DNA from: Promethearchaeia archaeon
GTDB taxonomy: Archaea > Asgardarchaeota > Lokiarchaeia > Sigyniarchaeales > SOKP01
Direction: 5' to 3'
Assembly: GCA_029856155.1 (NCBI GenBank)
Contig: JAHQWL010000080.1
Span: 1 to 20,191 of the forward strand
DNA length: 20,191 nucleotides
This document shows, piece after piece, positions 1 to 8,338 of the stretch (positions are counted from its first letter, which is position 1; the number at the start of each line of letters is the position of its first letter). A model generated the notes under the pieces. The model was not told the origin of the DNA. It ran no database searches and saw nothing but the letters and a program-made list of their open reading frames with translations. The position numbers and the translations under genes are program-made.

Positions 1-764
1 AAGCAATGCCTGTTATGTTTACAAATGGTCAATTTCTTACAGAAGAAAACGTTGGCAAACTGGCTGATGCGGGGCTCTATTCGTTATTCTTGAGTATAGA
101 TTCACCTGATGCTGAAGAACATAACAAATTAAGAGGTATGCCAGGTCTTTTTGAGACTGCTATAGAAGGAATTAAGAGAATACAATCAACTGAGATCTTT
201 GCAGGATTTTCTGGTTATGCAACTCGCTCTGGAACAGAAAAAGGAATGTATAAGAAACTGCATAAATTAGCTATGGATCTTGGTCTAAAAAATATAATTT
301 ATTTTGATTGTGTACCTACCGGAAATATGCTGCACGATACAAGTGAATTGTTGACTTTCACTTTACGAGAAGAACTTCATAATTATTCTGCTGAAGCTTT
401 TAGGAGAAAGATTGTACCTCCTCTGTCCTCTCAATCGTGGCAGAATTCTGTGGAAGCCTATCTTTCTGGGATAGGATGTTTAGCAGCAAATATTCAATTT
501 TACGCTTCTGCTTATGGAGATATATCTCCTTGTGATTTTTCACCACTTTCTTTTGGAAATGTACATAATGAATCCTTGAAAAAGATATGGATGCGAATGG
601 TCAAACATCCCGCTTACAATCACCGAAGTCCATTCTGTCGTATGCAAGATAAAAACTTCCGACACTTTTATATTGATCCAATTCCTGATGACGCTTATTT
701 ACCTTACCCAATTAGTAAACTCCCTCGGGTAGACTATCGGAATGCAGTTATTTCTAAAACATGA
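1..764 (+). CDS. Radical SAM protein with C-terminal SPASM/twitch domain, 5'-truncated by the window edge
   Basis: Frame is open from the window start. It has the radical-SAM core motifs FTNG and SIDSPDAEEHNKLRG, plus SPASM-like CLAA...GDISPCDF...GNV...SLKKIW...FCR. The CxxxCxxC motif is absent, so it probably lies upstream of the window. Confidence 0.85.
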   Translation, partial: AMPVMFTNGQFLTEENVGKLADAGLYSLFLSIDSPDAEEHNKLRGMPGLFETAIEGIKRIQSTEIFAGFSGYATRSGTEKGMYKKLHKLAMDLGLKNIIYFDCVPTGNMLHDTSELLTFTLREELHNYSAEAFRRKIVPPLSSQSWQNSVEAYLSGIGCLAANIQFYASAYGDISPCDFSPLSFGNVHNESLKKIWMRMVKHPAYNHRSPFCRMQDKNFRHFYIDPIPDDAYLPYPISKLPRVDYRNAVISKT

Positions 765-808
765 ATTAAAGACATAGAATATCCTTATCTTTTATAAAAA
801 CCTATCTA

Positions 809-2609
809 TTAATTTTCTGACTTCTTTAATTTTTTACCAGAAGTTTTATATTTAGTTTTATCTTCATCAAGGAAAAAGGATTTAACAGGTTTTGAACTAT
901 CAATGGGAGTATTACATACCCAACAAACATTTTCCAAATCACTCAACGCTCGTGCGCAATTTTCACAATAAATCGCATTACATTTACAAATATATGAAAA
1001 ACCTAACACTTCTCCTTTGCACACTATGCAAACTTTTTTATCTTTATGTACTGTAACCGTTTCTTCACTTATTTGAGTGGATACACTTAATCCTTTATGG
1101 ACAATACGTTTAATTTGATTGTTTAATTGACTTAATTCTATACGTTCACTAATAGGTGCTTTAATTTTTTTTAATCGTTTCCACGTGTCTAATTTGTCAA
1201 TCAATTCTTCATGCTCGTTTAAAATTATTTCAGCTAACCTCCTAAGATCATGTCTTTTCGCTATTTGATGAGCTTGAATTAAAAACCTACGGGTTTTCTT
1301 TATATCAAAAGTTAATAATGCTATTCTAGCTTGTAATAGATAAGTTTCGCATAATAAAGGATAGGATTGGTTTTTTTCAGCGAACTCTAGGAGTTGGTCA
1401 ATATATGGTTGTATTTCATCCAAAATCTCAAGATCATTAGTTATGCGGAGTTCGATTAAAAATAGATCACAGAGGTGTATTATAGCACTTAGATTCAATT
1501 GAGAAGAAATCTTATCTTCAATAATTTGTTTTAATAATTCTTCTGACTTTGCCCTATTGTGAGTTCGGGTACTTGTTTTGAGTACTAAAGCTAAACAAAA
1601 GTGATAAGAAGCATTAGCATAATCATTATTTATTTGGCTGTTGAATCTCTGGAACTGCTCTAAATAACTCTTTGCTTGTGGGATATCACCAATTTCAACA
1701 AGAATTTGAATTAAATTACAAAAAGCTATACTTATATACCAAGGATTTCCGAGTTTTTCTTGAACTTTCAAAACTTTCTTAGAGGTATCTAAAAATTGCT
1801 CAATTTCACCCTGTTCGAGATATATAGCAGATATATTACCTAAAGCTACTGTCATGTATTCATTATCGTTCAATTCCTCGCAGATTGATAAAAAGTCTTT
1901 ATAATATTTAAGAGCATGATCATGTACACCTTTCTGAGAGTAAATATTTCCAAAATTAACAAGATTCATTGCTAAGGGAAAGCGAACGCTCTTCACATTA
2001 ACTTCTTCTATGAGTGCTTTGCAACGCTCAGCAGACTTTAAACCTAAATCTAAATCACCTTTATAAAACGTATAAATGTTTCCTATATAACTAAGCGATT
2101 CAATTATTTCCTTCTTGTTTCCCAGTTCCTCACGCAATATTAAGCTTTGCTCCACATACTTCAATGCATTATCACCATCACCTTTGTAAAAAAAAACATA
2201 CCCTTTAACAACAGCAAGAGACGCTTCTCTTTGTCTAAGCTCATGTTGTGATAAATGTTCTATTGTTTTTAACACTCTTTCACCTTGTAAAATTATATAA
2301 AAAGACTCATCTAATTTTTGAAGTCTTGCTAACGCTTTGCCCATAAGAATAGATGCATCAACAGAATAGAGAACTAATCCTAATTTTTTACTCTTTTGAT
2401 AAGCTTTTTCTGCGAACTTATATCCTTTCATTAAATTGGGATAAATTAATTAAAAGCAAACTCTTAAGGAGGAAGTATGAGAGTTGATCATTATCATTAA
2501 GATCATTTTTTTCCTCAATAGAATTCAAAAGTTGAAGAGCTTCTTCAAAATCCCCTTCTTCTGTCAATTTTTCTGCTAAAATTAAGTCGCCATGTTTCGC
2601 ACTAGTCAT
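809..2609 (-). pseudogene. TPR-repeat protein with C-terminal 8-Cys RING-like zinc finger, split by a one-base insertion (ORFs 2418..2609 and 809..2431); real lesion or sequencing error
   Basis: TPR-like helices (e.g. LVNFGNIYSQKGVHDHALKYY, LGNISAIYLEQGE) and C-terminal C-x2-C-x10-C-x-C-x4-C-x2-C-x10-C-x2-C. Removing one T from TTT at 2426-2428 fuses ...SQFNE to GYKFAEKAY..., giving a 599-aa ORF. Confidence 0.8.
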
Positions 2610-2822
2610 TTAATGATCCTCATGGTCATGAGTTTATTAAGCTTGAAAACCTGTATAGATAAAAGTTAAATTTAATGGACTTGCTTAGCATGCATTTATT
2701 ATATCTAATTAAAATATTAAGATTTTAGTTATAATAAATTTAATGAAATAATAGTATGGAGTATTAACTAAACTTAATATTGAAAGGGTGCATTTAAATC
2801 TATAATTTTCATTACTAGAAAT

Positions 2823-3638
2823 ATGAGTAATGCTACCCAGCACTTTGAAATTTCAAAACATAAGGACTATTTATTTGTAATTAAAGAGAATATTTCTCTT
2901 GTCCATCCCGTTTATACTAATGATCCCCTTAACATGTATTTGCTTTTAGGATCTCATACTGCTCTTTTACTTGATACGGGATGTGGGCTTTTCCCTATAA
3001 AGCCAATAGTAGATGATTTGATAGGTAAAAGAAAACTCATAGTTTTCAATACTCATTATCATTGGGACCATCCTTTAGGTAATGTAGAATTTGGAGAGGT
3101 CTTCATTCATGAAAATGAAGTTGATTTTGTTTCGAAACCTTATGATGTTTCATTCTTTAAAGATTCTCCTAATGATATTGTAAAAGTATATGAAGACCAA
3201 AATTTTTTAATCCCTCCAGCAAAATCAATTAAGTCTTTAAAAGATGGAGATGTATTTGATTTAGGTGAAATAGAGGTAAAAGTTATTCACTGTCCCGGAC
3301 ATTCTCCAGGCTCTATATGTTTGTTGACATCTACGGGCGAACTTTTTACTAGTGATGTCGCTTATTACGGAGATCAATTCTTACCTAAAAGAGAAAATTT
3401 TTCAGAAGTTCTTGAAACTCTTTCTAAATTGATAGATTTATGTGAAAAACAAAAAGATCTTGAACTTTATCCATCACATAGAGAATATCCATGTGATAAA
3501 ACTCTTTTAACAGATCTTTACAATGGCATTGAAAATATAAAGAATCTATGGCATACTAAGAAAGCTTTTGATTTTTTTGAAGCATGGCAAATTGATGATG
3601 ATAGTGGAAAATTCAGATATTACATTTCAAGATCATGA
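2823..3638 (+). CDS. MBL-fold metallo-hydrolase (glyoxalase II-like)
   Basis: LLDTG, HxHxDH (THYHWDH), PGHSPGS, FTSD and YPSH metal-binding motifs. Confidence 0.92.
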   Translation: MSNATQHFEISKHKDYLFVIKENISLVHPVYTNDPLNMYLLLGSHTALLLDTGCGLFPIKPIVDDLIGKRKLIVFNTHYHWDHPLGNVEFGEVFIHENEVDFVSKPYDVSFFKDSPNDIVKVYEDQNFLIPPAKSIKSLKDGDVFDLGEIEVKVIHCPGHSPGSICLLTSTGELFTSDVAYYGDQFLPKRENFSEVLETLSKLIDLCEKQKDLELYPSHREYPCDKTLLTDLYNGIENIKNLWHTKKAFDFFEAWQIDDDSGKFRYYISRS

Positions 3639-3662
3639 AATATCGAACTATCAGGAGTATTT

Positions 3663-4010
3663 TTATGATGATATTTTTTTGAATTTAAGTTTATAAATTT
3701 TAATCCAAGTATTAAATTCTTCTTGAGTTATTAAATGAAGTTCAAATGGATGGCTAAGAGGTAATCCAGCATTTTCTTCGATTTTTGCAATCAGTTCTGC
3801 CCTTAATAAGTGCTTTTTTGGGACATCTGCAACTATGAGAATATCTATATCACTTCCAGCTACTAGATTCTCTTCGAGTATACTTCCAAATAAAAAAATT
3901 TGAGAATCCCTTAAGATAGTCTTTATACTATCCTCAATCTTTTTTAGAAATTTTTTGTAATTTTTAATTATTTCATTCGTTCTTATCATTTCTTTTAATA
4001 ATTTCGACAA
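3663..4010 (-). CDS. Minimal nucleotidyltransferase (MNT), partner of the HEPN protein
   Basis: LFGS-x8-SDIDIL pol-beta-type NTase motif. About 110 aa and overlaps the upstream HEPN gene. Start may be TTG 4010 or ATG 3989. Confidence 0.88.
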   Translation of the reverse strand: MSKLLKEMIRTNEIIKNYKKFLKKIEDSIKTILRDSQIFLFGSILEENLVAGSDIDILIVADVPKKHLLRAELIAKIEENAGLPLSHPFELHLITQEEFNTWIKIYKLKFKKISS

Positions 4011-4365
4011 TATCTTTTACCTCTTCTGCAATTTTTAAAGCCTCTTTAGCATCTTCTTTCTCATAAATAAAACTAAAATATCGTGAATTTAAATAAGCAC
4101 TTTCGAGAAAGATAAGTGCTTTTCTATCATAATTAAATATATCATTTTTAGTTAATTGATATAAGATTCCAAATAATTTCCTAATTGAATGCGTTTTGGG
4201 AATTTCACCACCCTTTTCTAAAATTGTAGCTTTTAGTAAAATTTGAACATATTGTTCTGCCATAAAACAAGTTAAATCCCAATCTTCTTTCTGGAATCTT
4301 TCTTTCGCTCCATCCAAAAAATTACTTGCTCGTTTTAGAAAAAGCTCTACTTCTTCTTTATGCAT
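3973..4365 (-). CDS. HEPN domain protein (archaeal-type HEPN of a HEPN-MNT pair)
   Basis: FMAEQ...LLKA...PKTHSIRKL...YLNSRY...EDAKEAL pattern typical of stand-alone HEPN proteins. 130 aa, coupled to MNT. Confidence 0.88.
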   Translation of the reverse strand: MHKEEVELFLKRASNFLDGAKERFQKEDWDLTCFMAEQYVQILLKATILEKGGEIPKTHSIRKLFGILYQLTKNDIFNYDRKALIFLESAYLNSRYFSFIYEKEDAKEALKIAEEVKDIVEIIKRNDKNE

Positions 4366-4571
4366 ATATAATAACTTTATTTTTTTTAATATATAATTTT
4401 ACGTTATATTAAGGCTAAATTTTTGTCAATCCAATGATTTCTAAAAATTGTCTTAATCTTGATTTATAAAAAAGTGATTCTATTTTAATCAGTATCTATT
4501 AAGAAATAAGACTAAAAAAATTCGTCTTGTAATAAAAGAAAGAAATAACCAAATCTGGGACTTGTTCTATT

Positions 4572-4793
4572 TTATTCTTCTCTAAATTTGATAAAAGGCA
4601 TTTCTGAATCCAATTTACGGGAAAGTTTTTCAGGATCAGCATAAACTACAACAACTATTAAGTATACTCCGATCATAACACCTCCACCTATATAGAATAT
4701 CATTGTAGGTAATAATCCAAATAAACCTTTAATAAATGCTCCGTTAAAATTAAAGCTAAAATGGAAGATGATCGTAGAGTTAAAATCCTTCAA
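4572..4793 (-). CDS. Small hydrophobic ORF, possibly the C-terminal remnant of a membrane protein
   Basis: One TM-like stretch (MIFYIGGGVMIGVYLIVVVVY) and a charged tail. TTG start with no clear RBS. Confidence 0.3.
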   Translation of the reverse strand: MKDFNSTIIFHFSFNFNGAFIKGLFGLLPTMIFYIGGGVMIGVYLIVVVVYADPEKLSRKLDSEMPFIKFREE

Positions 4794-4893
4794 GGATAAA
4801 TTTTTAATATTTTACATCCTTATTCAATACTGTTTCTAAAAAAGATAAAAAAAAAATAATAATTAATCTTACTTTTCTTTTTTAAATAAATCT

Positions 4894-5550
4894 TTAGGAA
4901 CTACTTGCGGCAGGTCTAATTTTTTCTCTTTCTGATAATTTTTCTGAGAGTTCCTTCTTCAAATCAGCTAATTTATTCTGTTTTCCAACTAAATTTTTAT
5001 TTATTTCCATTGCATCAATTTCAAACTTAGTTAAACCTTTCTGCATTTTAAGATAAGCCTCTTCTGCTTTAGAAATCTTCTCACTAGGAGCATTAGTATT
5101 TACTAGTTTTACATAAGCTTGTTGCTTTTTTGCTAGATTACCTCTTTCTTTAGCTTCATCTAACTTCTTATTAGCAAGTTTTACTTTTACTTCAGCCATT
5201 TCAGATTCAACATTCGCAAATTTTGCCTGAATTTCAGCTATCTTTGTTTGAACTACAGCAACTTTTTCATTGTATATCGCTTGACTTTTCTCCACTTTTA
5301 AAATATCATCACCAAATTTCAAAAGTTCTTTTACTTTTTCTTTTCTTTCAACTAATTTCTTACTTTTCTCAGCTAGTCTCTCTCGTATTTTTGCTAGTTC
5401 AATTTCATTCTTAACAAGCATTTCCCTAGCTTTTGCTCTTTTTACTATTTGTTTGGCTAAAGCTTTCATTTCGCTAGCAGATTCTTTTTCACTTTTCGCA
5501 ATATTAGAATTTTCTTCGGCTAATCTTTCAATATTTTTAATCTCTTCCAT
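4894..5550 (-). CDS. Uncharacterised all-helical/coiled-coil protein, paralog A (218 aa)
   Basis: K/E/A-rich with Ala every 7 residues. GGTGA RBS precedes ATG 5550; the track's GTG 5559 lies inside that RBS. Aligns end to end with 6801..7469. Confidence 0.9.
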   Translation of the reverse strand: MEEIKNIERLAEENSNIAKSEKESASEMKALAKQIVKRAKAREMLVKNEIELAKIRERLAEKSKKLVERKEKVKELLKFGDDILKVEKSQAIYNEKVAVVQTKIAEIQAKFANVESEMAEVKVKLANKKLDEAKERGNLAKKQQAYVKLVNTNAPSEKISKAEEAYLKMQKGLTKFEIDAMEINKNLVGKQNKLADLKKELSEKLSEREKIRPAASSS

Positions 5551-5587
5551 ATAAATCACCTATTTTTTTATTTTATAATCTATCAGA

Positions 5588-5755
5588 CTAACTATAAATT
5601 TCATCGGAATTCTCTAACTTTTCTTCCTCATCCTCAAAATCCGAATCATCATTTTCATCAGAATCATTAAATTCGTTATCTCCCTCATTTTCATCATCGT
5701 AATCATCATATTCATAATCATATTTCTTCTTCTTTTTTTTGGGGTCTCCTTTCAT
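5588..5755 (-). CDS. 55-aa microprotein with a basic N-terminal patch and highly acidic body (not in the ORF track)
   Basis: Hand translation: MKGDPKKKKKKYDYEYDDYDDENEGDNEFNDSDENDDSDFEDEEEKLENSDEIYS. ATG 5755, TAG 5588-5590, GAGG about 13 nt upstream. Ends 37 nt before paralog A on the same strand. Confidence 0.75.
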   Translation of the reverse strand: MKGDPKKKKKKYDYEYDDYDDENEGDNEFNDSDENDDSDFEDEEEKLENSDEIYS

Positions 5756-5807
5756 TTTAATTGATTTTCCTCTTTATTTTTTTAGTTAGTATAGATAATT
5801 TATTATA

Positions 5808-5836
5808 ATGATAACATAATATTTAAATGTTATCAT
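5808..5836. promoter_or_regulatory. Perfect 10-bp inverted repeat ATGATAACAT-N9-ATGTTATCAT, candidate operator
   Basis: Arms at 5808-5817 and 5827-5836, in the divergent intergenic region next to the RHH gene. A TTTAAAT TATA-like element overlaps the spacer. Confidence 0.55.
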
Positions 5837-5863
5837 ATGAAAATAATAGGATCAATCGACAAC

Positions 5864-5902
5864 TTTATATACATATAAAAACATTTTATATATATATATA
5901 AA
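5864..5902. promoter_or_regulatory. Palindromic TATA-like elements and (TA)7 tract, candidate bidirectional promoter
   Basis: TTTATAT-AC-ATATAAA at 5864-5879 and the 18-bp palindrome TTTATATATATATATAAA at 5885-5902, about 50 nt upstream of ATG 5952. Confidence 0.4.
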
Positions 5903-5951
5903 TAAGTTTTTGAGAAATCACTAATAAAGAAAAAAGAGAGAAATTTTTAAA

Positions 5952-6527
5952 ATGGCAAAAAAACCACCAAAGAAAAAAGACAACTTTCTTGGCTTTAGAC
6001 TTTCAGAAGAAGTACTTAATAAATTAGATATTATTGCAAAACAAACCAATAAAACTCGTGGATTGGTTGCGAAAAATGCCATTGAACAATGGCTTAATCT
6101 GGAATTATTTAATCAAAATAACAACTTGATTATGATATCTAAAATTGCATTCTCTAAAATTTTATCCAAAATGAATAGTGAAGATTTAAATATCCTAGCT
6201 AATGAAGTTTCTTCCCTATATTCTGACCTAATGAAATTCATAGTAGCTAAACCTATGAATAACGATTCATTGAAGCATTATGCTGCCTTTTCAATTAATT
6301 TATATGGAAAAAATGGATTAAAATGGTTTAATACTATCGATATTCAGATTCGAGATAATATCTTTATCTTTAGGGGTTTGCATGATCTAGATGAAATTTT
6401 TTCTAATTACTTTTCATTGTTATATAAAAATCTGTTATCCGAATATTTTCAGTTAGAATTTATAACAACAACCGAAGAAAAAACCTCAAATTTAATTCAT
6501 TTAGAGTTTAAACTTAATAAAAAGTGA
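5952..6527 (+). CDS. Ribbon-helix-helix (CopG/MetJ/Arc-like) transcription regulator with an uncharacterised C-terminal alpha/beta domain
   Basis: N-terminal FLGFRLSEEVLNKLDIIAKQTNKTRGLVAKNAIEQWL fits beta-strand/helix/helix RHH. The C-terminal ~140 aa may be a ligand-binding domain (inference). Confidence 0.75.
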   Translation: MAKKPPKKKDNFLGFRLSEEVLNKLDIIAKQTNKTRGLVAKNAIEQWLNLELFNQNNNLIMISKIAFSKILSKMNSEDLNILANEVSSLYSDLMKFIVAKPMNNDSLKHYAAFSINLYGKNGLKWFNTIDIQIRDNIFIFRGLHDLDEIFSNYFSLLYKNLLSEYFQLEFITTTEEKTSNLIHLEFKLNKK

Positions 6528-6669
6528 ATAAAAAGCAGAAAATTTCAAAAAAGTCAAATAATGAAGATATCATTAAAAAGAGGAGAATAAAATAGCTTCT
6601 TTAAAAGATGAACTATCATTAAAATTAAATAAGCAAGAAAAAATTAAACACACTAATATTTTTTCTTAA
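6528..6669 (+). pseudogene. Decayed 3' remnant of a third helical-protein paralog
   Basis: 6583-6669 translates to ENKIASLKDELSLKLNKQEKIKHTNIFS*, matching the C-termini ENKLADLKKELSLIFAEREKIRH (B) and QNKLADLKKELSEKLSEREKIRP (A). The preceding EDIIKK is in another frame, and this frame has no start codon. Confidence 0.75.
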
Positions 6670-6800
6670 TAGATTTGAATGTAAGACGTGTCTAAAAATC
6701 AAAGTAATAATTATAACAAATTAAATTTAAATACGATTTTAACTAGCTAAAATATGTTTATAAATTCATTTTTTACATCCCATTTTAAAGGTAAAAAGAT

Positions 6801-7469
6801 ATGGAAAATTTAACGCAAATTGAAAAGGAAGCTCAACACAATCGTAAAATAGCTCACTCTGAAAAAGAACTAGCCCAAAAACAAAAAACTAATGCTTTAA
6901 CTGAAATTAAAAAAGCAAAAGCTAGAGAAACTTTATTAAAAATTGAATATGATCTCGCTGATATAAAAAAAGATTTAGCGATTAAAAGAAAAGTTTTGGC
7001 GGAAGAAAAAACAGAAATTAAAAAAAATCATATTTTAGATTTTTCGGATGAAGAACTAAGAATTGAAAATAATTATGCAATTTATAATGAGAAGATAGCA
7101 AAAAATCAAAAGGAAGTTGCTGAAATTAATAAAAAAATTGCCTTAGTAGAGAAACAAGTTGCTGAGCAAAAATTAAAATTAGCTAAAGAAAGATTGGAGC
7201 TTGCAAAAGTACGAGAAAAATTAGCTAATAAGCAAACTACGTATTTAAAAGTTGCTCGAGCAAACGCTTCTGAAGATAAAATTTTGAAAGCCAAAAATAA
7301 TGCAGATAACCAAAAAAAGATACTATTAAAACAGAAAAATGAGGTAATGGAAAAGGAAAAAGATGTAAGAAAAAAAGAAAATAAACTGGCAGATTTAAAG
7401 AAGGAACTTTCATTGATATTTGCTGAAAGAGAAAAAATTAGACATCCTGGTGTTGTCATTGCGGGATAA
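6801..7469 (+). CDS. Uncharacterised all-helical/coiled-coil protein, paralog B (222 aa)
   Basis: Shares IAxSEKE, AKARE, AIYNEK, NKLADLKKELS and EREKIR with paralog A. Collinear with one 2-aa gap. Confidence 0.9.
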   Translation: MENLTQIEKEAQHNRKIAHSEKELAQKQKTNALTEIKKAKARETLLKIEYDLADIKKDLAIKRKVLAEEKTEIKKNHILDFSDEELRIENNYAIYNEKIAKNQKEVAEINKKIALVEKQVAEQKLKLAKERLELAKVREKLANKQTTYLKVARANASEDKILKAKNNADNQKKILLKQKNEVMEKEKDVRKKENKLADLKKELSLIFAEREKIRHPGVVIAG

Positions 7470-7512
7470 ATTATATAAAGTTATTATAGAAATAAAAAAA
7501 AAATTGATATAA

Positions 7513-8316
7513 TTGATTTTTCAAAATCTTTTCGCTGTCTTTTTAAGAGACACCTTTTTTCCTCTTTTTCTTTCAATATTAGCAATTTTTATAGGATATA
7601 TTATTTATTTACTGGTTAAAAGGCAACTCTTCAAACTTGTTAAACATGAGAAATTAGAGCTAACTACGGCAAAGAATATCTCAAAATTAATTAAATATCT
7701 CGTTGTTTTGATCATTTCGACGGCTATTCTCGTACAATTCGCGGAGAGTTTAGGTTTTATCACAGCATTATTCACTCTTGTTGGGGGGACTATAATAGGT
7801 TTTGCTGCTATGAATACTTTGGGTAATATGATAGCAGGTATTATTATAATGGTAAGTAGACCTTTTACTGTTGGAGATCGAATATTATACGATGGTAAAA
7901 TCGCTGATATTGTCGAAATAAAATTGATCTATACAACTTTGATTGATCTTGATAATCTTAAGATTTCAGTTCCTAATCAGATGTTATTATCGCAAGAGAT
8001 TTTTGACTTTGGGAAAAAGGAGATAATTAGAAGACATGTGACCATAACCCCTGGATTTGAAGAAGATAGGAAAAAAGTTGAAGAGGTTTTATTAGAGGTT
8101 GCTGGTAAGGTAAATCAGGTATTGGAAGACCCTAAACCGTATGTTTGGATAAATAGTTTTCAGAATTATGCAGTTGAATATAGATTATATGTTTTCATAA
8201 AAGATATCAAAGATTTACCTCGAATTGAATCTGAATTACATAAAGCTGTATTGGATGCTTGTAAAGAAAATAAGATAGATATTAGGACGCCTCTTTTACA
8301 TAAAGGAATTAATTAG
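7513..8316 (+). CDS. mscS: Small-conductance mechanosensitive channel, MscS family
   Basis: Three TM helices, Gly/Ala-rich TM3 (GGTIIGFAAMNTLGNMIAG), RPFTVGDRI, VPN, and a canonical cytoplasmic C-terminal domain. Confidence 0.92.
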   Translation: MIFQNLFAVFLRDTFFPLFLSILAIFIGYIIYLLVKRQLFKLVKHEKLELTTAKNISKLIKYLVVLIISTAILVQFAESLGFITALFTLVGGTIIGFAAMNTLGNMIAGIIIMVSRPFTVGDRILYDGKIADIVEIKLIYTTLIDLDNLKISVPNQMLLSQEIFDFGKKEIIRRHVTITPGFEEDRKKVEEVLLEVAGKVNQVLEDPKPYVWINSFQNYAVEYRLYVFIKDIKDLPRIESELHKAVLDACKENKIDIRTPLLHKGIN

Positions 8317-8338
8317 AAAAAAATTATTTACAGCTATT

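Noticed and set aside
3640-4570. HEPN-MNT as part of a mobile element
   Set aside because: No transposase, integrase, terminal inverted repeats or target-site duplication seen by eye.
4847-4856. A10 run (T10 on the minus strand) downstream of paralog A as a terminator
   Set aside because: Plausible archaeal oligo-T terminator, but such runs are too common in this AT-rich DNA to call with confidence.
5223-5414. 63-aa plus-strand ORF
   Set aside because: Antisense shadow of paralog A. Its Leu/Phe/Ser bias is what the reverse complement of a Lys/Glu-rich gene produces.
5620-5725. Imperfect TCA/TCT triplet periodicity resembling a repeat array
   Set aside because: Explained by Asp/Glu codons of the minus-strand microprotein. 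There is no repeat-spacer structure, so it is not CRISPR.
7106-7459. 117-aa minus-strand ORF
   Set aside because: Antisense shadow entirely within paralog B.
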